Positions 29,101 through 37,300 of a stretch of DNA of 64,000 nucleotides are shown piece after piece. Below the pieces are notes generated by a model. The model did not search any database and was not told the origin of the DNA. It saw nothing but the letters and a program-made list of their open reading frames with translations. Made by a program: the position numbers and the translations under genes. Location: positions 362,961-426,960 of the IMG/VR virus record IMGVR_UViG_3300028920_000001. One strand, 5' to 3'. Position 1 is the stretch's first letter. Each line of letters begins with the position of its first letter.

Positions 29101-30346
29101 TAGGATATTAGGACCAAATCAGGCCATTGAAGATGATAATGGTGCTTACACTCATGATATGAATGGTAATTCAGTAATTGCTAGGAATCCTGATCCGTTA
29201 GTTACTCCTAAACGAGATGGTAACACAGCGCGTGCTATTGGCGTAGCTGCTGGTGCGTCCCAATATCAATTATTTGGTACAAATGCTAACCGGCAGCCTG
29301 GTTTTGGAGTATATGAATTTGATGAAAATGATAATTTAATTCAGGTTGGTACACGTGGTGTTCCTAATCGATCTGCATCAACCGGTCTTCCTCCTATTGG
29401 CACAATTGTACCGCCAAATTCAGTGAATCCAAATAGCCCTACTCCAATTAGAGCTGATGGATCTGCTGATTCTAGTTATTCTACCCCTTCAATTACTTCA
29501 GCTGGTCAAGATTATGCATCCAATCCACAAAATCGATCTGGTCAAAACAAATCGATTTTTAAAGGATCTAGTTTTTCAACTGAAAATTTCTTTGATATAT
29601 TAAATCAATATTTAGTTGATAAATTTAGTAAAGAGTATCAGGAAAATGCAGCTAGGGAAGGAATTTATACTGCTCGTTCTTTTAATATCAATCCCCCATC
29701 TCCACACGGGAAAGAACATTTAAATAGCCTGTTGTCCCCGACGGATATTGAGGGTCCTGGCGGATCTTTGTTCGATAGAGCTGCTAGTGGTGACCCGGAT
29801 GCTTTAGCGCGAATTCGAAAACAAGCTAACTTTAATTTTGAACAAACTGAACAGGAGTCAAAAGAATTTACTGCTGCTTTTAGAAGTGGTAGTGAAGCTG
29901 ATTTTCATTTAAGAGAAGCAGGTAGAAAGATTAAAGAAACTGGTCAGGTTTTAAATGATGAGTGGCCTAATTTAGCACTTGGACCTGGAACTACTCAAAC
30001 TGTTGATACTGCGCGAGCTGCGGGTAAAATTATTGTTCCTAAGTATAAGAGTAGACAACCTCAACCTTTGGAAAGACAGCCAAATCCGATAATTAGAGAA
30101 GAATTTTTAGCAAATTTAGAAGATGAGCCGGTAAATATGATTGGATATGGAGAAACAATTCCTGATCCAATTATTGAACCGCCGTCGTCGCAATCGAATG
30201 AAGTTGAGTCTCCACCTCCAGAGCCTGTAATTATAATTACTGATTTAGAAGAATCAATCCCGGCGGATGGAGAATCAGTCCCTGGTGAAGTTGAAGAGAA
30301 TACTGAACAATTTCCGCAGCTTGAACCAGATGAAGAGGATGTCTAA
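26111..30346 (+). CDS. Baseplate hub protein (gp27/GpD-like) with long C-terminal extension
   Basis: RIFWGLVQTVSK…ITLNCQD…EFYCDTTGDIIFKPP…RPELRMGFPV…YYVSGISHQY pattern; located before the spike gene. Confidence 0.7.
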   Translation: MSRISAFRGTWEPNRRPYITLTPDVWVAIQGETSVIACGECKKRLQINRYVTGISTEASVDSPPGSATINLSIPDTDITEFYTENEFAIIPMMEVEIFAKGYYTVGGYPQYYRIFWGLVQTVSKSWSNGVTSITLNCQDILRWWQLTNVITNPAFLDIPKSQAGQYQLFGNKFAGSNPYTVIIMLAKEAMGDFSITTSSFTSFRPEDGAEQPVIGQYAKDVMAYWQLKFGNMWNNLVLYGTSGRAYTFEGLPGNVNPMKISKAIFEQEAKELNLNEATAYFKIKPYEIAAFKREYSKAGDVDFFQNDTMTKLEVAMQARDQAGQYEFYCDTTGDIIFKPPFYNLNVIPNKPVSWIQDFEILDESISDTESQVYTHVVSHGNAFGGVNDYGINDDITTPRTGVIDWHLLRRYGWRKWDLQVEWAGNPKKLFYHCLDALDRSNVRRISGNITIPMRPELRMGFPVWVPSHDSFYYVSGISHQYSVGGQATTTVTLIAKRSKFIAPKNIGRLQTIRTKVTTTKKKNVATKKQQSRKQSKKIQEIDYGIRDANSEISYSITFPSNVGKSSSLIAEGGQQSEFGGPAILRDPKTGKLLGFPNAVMVYRTSMGGKVLSRLLEEKGDTRAKRPKKQDKKKNEGTDFTADKVQGEILRQIHNEERSKLIERVRIHRYEWGFSNAGAYDYAHDEAGEVQELNIVPASTILWGTGTDDPSEQTGVLSQSEVANRSIQSNADLVSKQDEIKAVEAEIRAARGELDLLRREIRKFAKSKSYDVEEAAAQLTREEELTERLGSLNERRTQLKAEEATTTARGSIKILPAPNVMVRPVSDEFGFEVIGHYRYGRGAFLSGGQVQVEDPLNSNQTVNQLGIQFSAHGGLLTDNPRQRNLGTLSFNFAEAYEKMGPDDFTTGATFTGGNYENPQEIADINPTNQATYSSAVEKSARLGTTVFVEADALRRAVTLAELRPYTNTGSEVGEPFSNCACQLGRTNWLSVLPQEAITRILGPNQAIEDDNGAYTHDMNGNSVIARNPDPLVTPKRDGNTARAIGVAAGASQYQLFGTNANRQPGFGVYEFDENDNLIQVGTRGVPNRSASTGLPPIGTIVPPNSVNPNSPTPIRADGSADSSYSTPSITSAGQDYASNPQNRSGQNKSIFKGSSFSTENFFDILNQYLVDKFSKEYQENAAREGIYTARSFNINPPSPHGKEHLNSLLSPTDIEGPGGSLFDRAASGDPDALARIRKQANFNFEQTEQESKEFTAAFRSGSEADFHLREAGRKIKETGQVLNDEWPNLALGPGTTQTVDTARAAGKIIVPKYKSRQPQPLERQPNPIIREEFLANLEDEPVNMIGYGETIPDPIIEPPSSQSNEVESPPPEPVIIITDLEESIPADGESVPGEVEENTEQFPQLEPDEEDV

Positions 30347-30720
30347 TTCCCTATTACATTTCTGATATGTGCTACAAATTTAGGATCTGAATTATTCTTG
30401 TCTAGTAAATGAACTAATACTTGTTCAACAGTTCGGTTAATAGGAACGACTGTGATCATACTTTGAATTTGTTTTTGAGGTGGTTCATATAGATGTCTAA
30501 ATCCTGTAATTGTGACACTTAAATTTACTGAGTATTTTTTGCCATCTTTGTCCAACACAGTATCAGTTGTTTTGCTCAAATATTTTATCATATTAGGTTC
30601 TTTGACCGGTATATTTATCTGAATAATTTGCCCTTCTCTTACGTTTTCAAGGGTATCGATTTCCCATTTGGCTTTCTCAATTAACCTTCCGCTGATAGTT
30701 GTGGCTTGAATAATTGGCAT
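30343..30720 (-). CDS. Hypothetical protein, antisense within the baseplate operon
   Basis: 125-aa ATG ORF filling the gap between hub and spike genes. Confidence 0.6.
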   Translation of the reverse strand: MPIIQATTISGRLIEKAKWEIDTLENVREGQIIQINIPVKEPNMIKYLSKTTDTVLDKDGKKYSVNLSVTITGFRHLYEPPQKQIQSMITVVPINRTVEQVLVHLLDKNNSDPKFVAHIRNVIGN

Positions 30721-30754
30721 AATAAATTTTACATTTTAAGGTACAGTTAGAGAA

Positions 30755-33022
30755 ATGGGAAAAACAGAAGAAGCTAAAGCTAGATATCGGGCGATGCATA
30801 ATATTGCATCAACACAAGATCCGGTCAGAACTACTAAACAGCAATCCCAAAATGCTGATGATGCTAAGGCTTTCCTATGGATAGGGCGGATTCTCCATGT
30901 AGATGTGGAGACTATGGTTTGTTCTATTCAGATGGAATCAGGGCAGGGAATCTGGCATGATGTTCCTTTACCTGCTCCTGGAGGAGGTGGCCCTAGATCT
31001 TGGTCAGGAGTGATTCCAGAACAAAATTCGCGTGCTTTGATTGGATGGAAAAAATATGGAAATCGAGGCCATAAGCCCTATATCATTACATATTGGACGA
31101 TAGGGACATTTTCAGCTCGAGAATTTGAACCATTTTCAACAGTTGATCCAAATGACGCAAATTCAGTTTTGACAGCAGATGCCGATTTAGCTAATTTTCC
31201 AGAATTAAATTTTAATATTATTAGATTAAAGTCTAGAAAAGCTTATGCTGGAGACTGGATTGCAACTTCTAGTGGAGGAGCTCATGCTCAATTAGATAGA
31301 GACGCATATTTAACCAATCGAGCTAACAATGAATTTAGATTACGAGATTCTGATCAAACTAGTATTCATCAGACAGTAAATGAATTTACTACTAATGCTG
31401 CCGGATATTATCGAAGAGGATTGATTAAGAGGAATGCATACAATTTTCAATTAGATTTAGCTCTTCCTCTTTATGATTATGAAGAACAGGATTTTGATGA
31501 ATTTGTTGATAGTCGAATTATTACTGGTACAGATAATCCTCAGTACACTTATTTAACTAAAGTTGATACTCTTTCTCCTGCTTACAGTAAATTACGAGAA
31601 TTTGAATTAATTAATGAGGATGGAACTCCGGTATTTCCGAATAATCCGGATGATTTGGTTTATCCGTATGTTGTTACTCCTGATGGACAACGGATTAGTT
31701 ATGTGGTTAGAGGAGAGCATGAAACCAATTTTAATCAAACTAACGAATGCTATGTTGAAGATAGAATAGAAATGCGGCATGTTAGTGATGGAATAATGGC
31801 TGTCACTGAGGAGGGCGATGGATTTCAAATTGATAGAATTTCACCAGTTTTCATTGAAGATGTGAAAGGCACAATTGTCGGAAATGATCCATATACGGAG
31901 GCAGGACGTAAAACATATAAACGAGTAGTTAAAATGAGAGTGTTTGAGAAGGAAGAACAAAGTCTTCCTTCCAATACTCCTGTATTTGAACCGATCGATA
32001 CGTTAAAACGGCCTAATGACACTGATACTGTGGCTTTGGCTCGTTTGTTTAAAGTTCAGTGTCCTGCTGAGGGTAGTAGTTCGAATCAATATGCTTTTGG
32101 AATTTCTAAGGAGGGGCAAGTATTTTTACATTTACCCAAAGCAACGGTTGGTGAAACACGGGGTAGATCTCTTGATGCAAATATTATGGGAGCTGTTAAA
32201 GCTATCCTTGGATCAGATGGTAGTCGTAAATCAATTGATTTAACTACAAGTGGTGGGATTAGAGCTAAATTAGGCACGTTAGTAGATGATACTGATCCAA
32301 ATAATCCAGAAAATGTTTCTGCGGATTTTGAATTTGATGGCGTAGTCAGATTAAAATTCAATGGTCCGAAAGCGATAGAAAAGATAGTTGAAGGGAGTGA
32401 AACCACATTTTGTAGTCAAACTTCTGCTAGAGTGGCAGGAGATGTTACTGACATTGCCCAGGGTGGTTCTGTTACTGCTGAAGGAACTAAAGTACGACAT
32501 ATTGCTGGTGATGGAGGATATACTCGTCTAGTTGGTGGCGATTCCGGGATGACTCATCTTGGTAAAACTGATCGACAATTCGCTCAAGATCGAACATCTA
32601 CATTTGCAGTTAATGATACTAAATTAGTACTAGCCGGGGTAGATTCAACTACAGTAGTAGCTGGTAGTATGAGTAGGACAGTCACTACCGGTAGTATTTC
32701 ACATAATGTCGCGACTGGAAATCATAGTATCACGGTTGGAGTTGGTAATGCTTCTTTAACTACAGGTACTGGAAATGTATCGGTAGCAGCTGGATCAGGT
32801 AATGCTTCTTTAGCTGCGGGTGCCGGGGCTGCAAGTATTACTGCAGGTGCTGCCGCTTCTTTAGTTGGTGGCACTGTCGCTAATGTTACAGCACCACTAG
32901 TTAAAATTGGAACGGTGCCTGTTGGTGTGTGCGTGGCTGGAGTTCCCGGTCCTCCCGGTCCAATGTTAGACTATGTAACCGGTTTACCATTGAGGGGTAT
33001 ACCAACTATATTGGTAGGATGA
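30755..33022 (+). CDS. Baseplate central spike (gp5/gpV-like)
   Basis: N-terminal OB-fold-like IGRILHVDVETMVCSIQM…VIPEQNSRALIGW; C-terminal ~9-residue periodic beta repeats (SITVGVGNASLTTGTGNVSVAAGSGN). Confidence 0.75.
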   Translation: MGKTEEAKARYRAMHNIASTQDPVRTTKQQSQNADDAKAFLWIGRILHVDVETMVCSIQMESGQGIWHDVPLPAPGGGGPRSWSGVIPEQNSRALIGWKKYGNRGHKPYIITYWTIGTFSAREFEPFSTVDPNDANSVLTADADLANFPELNFNIIRLKSRKAYAGDWIATSSGGAHAQLDRDAYLTNRANNEFRLRDSDQTSIHQTVNEFTTNAAGYYRRGLIKRNAYNFQLDLALPLYDYEEQDFDEFVDSRIITGTDNPQYTYLTKVDTLSPAYSKLREFELINEDGTPVFPNNPDDLVYPYVVTPDGQRISYVVRGEHETNFNQTNECYVEDRIEMRHVSDGIMAVTEEGDGFQIDRISPVFIEDVKGTIVGNDPYTEAGRKTYKRVVKMRVFEKEEQSLPSNTPVFEPIDTLKRPNDTDTVALARLFKVQCPAEGSSSNQYAFGISKEGQVFLHLPKATVGETRGRSLDANIMGAVKAILGSDGSRKSIDLTTSGGIRAKLGTLVDDTDPNNPENVSADFEFDGVVRLKFNGPKAIEKIVEGSETTFCSQTSARVAGDVTDIAQGGSVTAEGTKVRHIAGDGGYTRLVGGDSGMTHLGKTDRQFAQDRTSTFAVNDTKLVLAGVDSTTVVAGSMSRTVTTGSISHNVATGNHSITVGVGNASLTTGTGNVSVAAGSGNASLAAGAGAASITAGAAASLVGGTVANVTAPLVKIGTVPVGVCVAGVPGPPGPMLDYVTGLPLRGIPTILVG

Positions 33023-33753
33023 TGAAAAGGAAATGTTCAAAATGTGGAATTTCTAAGGATGAAAATGAATCCAATTTCAATAGAAGAGGTTATCCTAGAG
33101 TTGGATTTAGGTCTGAATGTAAAGAATGCTCTGCTAAATTAAAAAAGATGTATAGAGCTAACCCATTTGTTAAAAAAAGAGAAGCAACATATGAACATCA
33201 ATATAGAAAGACTGTAATGGGTAAGCTTAAAAAATCTAGACTTGAATCACGTCGAAAAAAAAATATGAAAATTAAAAATCGTAGATTAATTCAATCATTA
33301 AAATCAAATTCATGTACTGATTGTCATATTGTATATCCATATTATTGTATGGATTTTGATCATTTAGATCCGAATATTAAAAAATGGAATATTAATTCAA
33401 TCATGAATAAAGGAACTAATACGATTTTATCAGAAATACAAAAGTGTGAATTAGTTTGTGCTAATTGTCATAGATTGAGGGAATTCCACAGTAATATCAA
33501 ATTTTATGAATCATCTAGATATAAATCAGTATGGGATAGGATTCTTAAGATAATTAAAATAAAAAGTAAACCTTGTATGGATTGTGGAGGTCAATTTCAT
33601 TATTCTCAAATGGATTTTGATCATAAAAACGGAAAGATTCTAGAGGTAGCACGAATGAGGTATTCACCAAGTGTGTTTGATGAAATTAAGAAATGTGAAT
33701 TAGTTTGTGCTAATTGTCATAGAATTAGAACATATCAACGTGCAGTGGGATAA
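33019..33753 (+). CDS. Free-standing tandem HNH-type endonuclease (homing-endonuclease-like)
   Basis: Start moved to ATG 33019 (ATGA overlap with the spike stop). Zinc ribbon CSKC…CKEC plus two CxxC…DFDH…CELVCANCHR units; AT-rich. Confidence 0.8.
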   Translation: MMKRKCSKCGISKDENESNFNRRGYPRVGFRSECKECSAKLKKMYRANPFVKKREATYEHQYRKTVMGKLKKSRLESRRKKNMKIKNRRLIQSLKSNSCTDCHIVYPYYCMDFDHLDPNIKKWNINSIMNKGTNTILSEIQKCELVCANCHRLREFHSNIKFYESSRYKSVWDRILKIIKIKSKPCMDCGGQFHYSQMDFDHKNGKILEVARMRYSPSVFDEIKKCELVCANCHRIRTYQRAVG

Positions 33754-34334
33754 TGCCACTAACTCCACCAACCGTTATTCCATTAGTTCAAGCTGGACTA
33801 TCAGGAAATGGAATTCTAGGAATAGCTGCTCCATTATTGGCGACTGCTGTTTCTAATGGATTCACACAATATACCACATCTGCTTTGACTGTTACTACCA
33901 AAGATACTGGAACCGCGGGTGGCGGGCCGGGCAATGGACTTGGATTATTTTTAGCTGAACCTATTTTAATTTCAGCTATGCAGGGAACATTTTCTGGCAA
34001 TGGCATTAATGGTGCTATGCGGAATAATGTGATCAATGCAATAGCATTTGGAATTTCTCAATCTTTAAAATCTGCTGTTATAATTACAGCGCATACCGGG
34101 GTAGGTGCTGGAACTGGATTTGTGACGTTGGTTGTAAATACTCCAGCTTCTATAACATTTATGATTACTAATTTTGTGGCTATCGGAATTTCCGGAGTAT
34201 ATAGTACACCATTGGCTACTGCAATTGCCCAAGGAATAGATATTGCTCTTCCATCTGCTACAGGAATTGTAGCCATTACTGGAGCGGGCTCTCCGTATGC
34301 TGCAGTAGGGATTGGTACCGGGAAAGTTTTGTAA
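33753..34334 (+). CDS. Gly/Ala-rich protein with three internal repeats; candidate spike-tip protein
   Basis: 193 aa, first structural-looking gene after the spike; three GIxG…AI…G…G-rich units. Confidence 0.5.
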   Translation: MPLTPPTVIPLVQAGLSGNGILGIAAPLLATAVSNGFTQYTTSALTVTTKDTGTAGGGPGNGLGLFLAEPILISAMQGTFSGNGINGAMRNNVINAIAFGISQSLKSAVIITAHTGVGAGTGFVTLVVNTPASITFMITNFVAIGISGVYSTPLATAIAQGIDIALPSATGIVAITGAGSPYAAVGIGTGKVL

Positions 34335-34343
34335 GGTTAAGCA

Positions 34344-37300
34344 ATGTCTACTTTCGATAGGAGCGGAGCCTTACTTGAAGGAATCCGGATTAGTTCCGGG
34401 AATAATGGGTTGACTTTTCCCCCACATAGCGTAATCTCCAATTCTAATATTTTTGATGGGATTGTTGAAAGGACTGAATATGCCATTCTTGCTGACAGTT
34501 TAGATCCTACTAAATTTGATCTTGAAATAGCTGATCCAGATTTAATTTTTAGATGGGTCAAAAATTCAACCGGAATAAATCGATTTGATTATTCTCAATT
34601 TAGTAATCGTTTCTTGCCTTTGCCTGGTGGACCACCTACGGAGCTCGGAGAAATTGGAAACAGTCCTAGACTTTCGGTTACGCCACCGGATACTAATAAA
34701 TTAATTGAATCTCCAATTGATATTTATATATTTAATTCTACTTCTCGCCTGGTTACTTTTAATATTCAATATGTAGGGGCTGATGTAGATTTTTCTGATC
34801 CAATAACTTTAGCGATTGGAATTGTTGAATTATCTTTAGCAACTGGAAATCTTAATTTTAGCAACATTGACATACAGCTTTATGAAGGAAAAATTGTTTC
34901 AAGTCAGAGTCAAAATTTCTTGGATCGCAGGAATGCAACTGGGATTATTGGTCAGCTATCGTCTTCATCTAGTGAAGAATATTATTTATTTTTAAATCCA
35001 AAACCATCTAGTAATAGTTGGCCAAGGGTAAGGATTGATTTTGGTCCTTATTTGACTCCGATATCAGTTCCAAATGAAGGTTCTTTAGGATCACCGGTAA
35101 CAGGAACATTTACCTGGTCATTAGATACCGGAAGAGTTAGATTCTCTGACTTTGATGTTGATAGCAATAGCGGTAAGAATATTTATTATGATGGTTTAAC
35201 TCAAGATTCTATTCAATTTACTCGAGTTTCGATTTCAATTTCAGGATCAGGAGGAAAAAATGATCCAGTTTTTACTATCCCAAATATTGGGACAGATGAT
35301 GGACAAATTCATCTTGACTCTGATGCGAGTGTTGATGCTGAGAGATTTGTTATTTTTGCAGAAGAAATTGATTATGATTCGGTTTCAGATGAAAATCACA
35401 CTTTATCTGGATCTGATAAAGTATCACTTAATTCAAGTGGAGTAGTAATTTCAAGTATTCAGGTACTAAGTCAAGATCATACAACTATATATAAAGGACC
35501 AACAGATCTTAATCCTGATTTCTTAATAGCGGCAGGTCCTACATCAGAACGTCCTAAAATTTATAGAACTTCAACTTCTCAAATTGAAGATTCTGAAACA
35601 GTTGCAGTTTTTTACGACACTGTAGAAACAGATAGATATTACTGGATTGTGGTTTTAACCGAAGGCGAACCGTCTGGTACGACAACTGGTCGAGCTTATC
35701 TTGATATTGAGACCGGTGACGTCTACATGACGTCTAGAGATTTAAGAACTACATCAGGAAAGTCTTATTATTATTTTGATTCTGTTCTCGAGATTGAAAA
35801 TGGTTCTGCAGTTCAATTCTTTCGAAGTGGTGCGAATGGTTCAGGACGTCCAGAGACTTCTGATTTTTGGATAAAGTATAAAGTAGAAGATCAATTAATT
35901 GTAGATAATATCGGTCCATTTCCTTTTGTTACTGTTCCTACTGTTCCGATTGTAGATGCGAGCTTAACTTATACGGTTGATGGGAACAAGGGTTTTACTG
36001 GTGAATTAAACGCTGGAGGAGATCCTAATACAGAAGGATTGTGTTATTTCCTTGATTTAGCGGCAAGACAATTTAGTTTTGCTGAACGACGTCAAACTGA
36101 ATATGAATTACAAAAAGACGCTTCATTTATCAAATTTGATAATGTGATGTTGAGTGAAGATGGGTTATTAATTAAGATTGATGGACAGGATACTACGCCT
36201 GGTACAGATTATTCTTTTGATCCAACTACTGGTGTAATTGAGTTCACGACACCAGTTGGTGAAAATGATCCTGGAAATAGATCTGGCATTCTGGGTCGAG
36301 TGGTAATGCCAAATGCTTTTATTGTTGATAATGACACTTTTAGTATTTCAGATGTTGGAAAATTTTTGTTAATTTCAACTGGAGATAATGAAGGATTATA
36401 TTATATCGCTTCGGCTGGAACTAATAGTGTTGTTGTTACTCCGGATTTTATTTCAGCTGGATCAGTTACCGCAGACATAAAATCCCGTCCTGAAGTTTTA
36501 GTAGATCGAATTTGGGCTGCACTTAATCCTCCATATAAACAATTTTCACTTTCTCGAGCTGATAGTGCAGCTGGCCCTTTTACAGAATTAGAAAAATCAG
36601 AATTCTCCGTACAAGAGAATGTAGCTCAGATTGGTCTTAAAACAGCTGCTAATCCTGGTGAAGTATTTTCAATTACATACGTTGCTTTAATTACAGATGA
36701 TAATGGAGCTACCTATACCGAAGAGAATCGGACTGAACGAGCATTATTTAAAATCAGACAAGAAACAGCTATTAGCACGGTTGGATCAAATAAAGTTGCA
36801 TTTAATCCTAACGGTAAAACAGTTAGCACTGATAGGCAAATAGACTGTTATGTTAATGGAATAGTTTTAGATCCAGATGAAGGTGAATTTAGTTTTACTC
36901 CTCCTGGAACTTTGACTTTAGATAGAAAAATAGAAGATCAAACTGTTATAGTGAATTATTGGGTTGAAGAAGCTAGTGGGGGTGAGACTAGTTTCAATCT
37001 TCAAGCTGATCAAATTAAATTAGACCGTCCTGAAATTAATGAAAGCGAACAAACTGCAACTTTCAATGGTGATCAAACTAATTACATTACAAACGGATCG
37101 GTCTTTTTTATTGAATTAGTTGAAATTTTGGTTGTTAGTTCTGTATCTTATAATTCATTGGATGATGTTACTGTTGTTACCTTTGAAACTAAACCTACTA
37201 TTAGTACGACAGGTTCTGATATTTTAGTATCTCAACCAGTTACTCTTGAAGAGGAAACATATAATGTTGATATTATCCCGGAGGGAACTAATGTTCTATC

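Noticed and set aside
9673-30748. GTACAGTT occurring near two divergent gene junctions (9673 and 30741)
   Set aside because: An 8-mer is expected by chance in 64 kb, it also occurs within a coding region (~43492), and it is absent from the other divergent gaps.
14226-33753. HNH genes as group I intron-encoded ORFs
   Set aside because: One is antisense to its flanks and the other is translationally coupled at both ends; the flanking genes look intact and there is no space for intron core structure.
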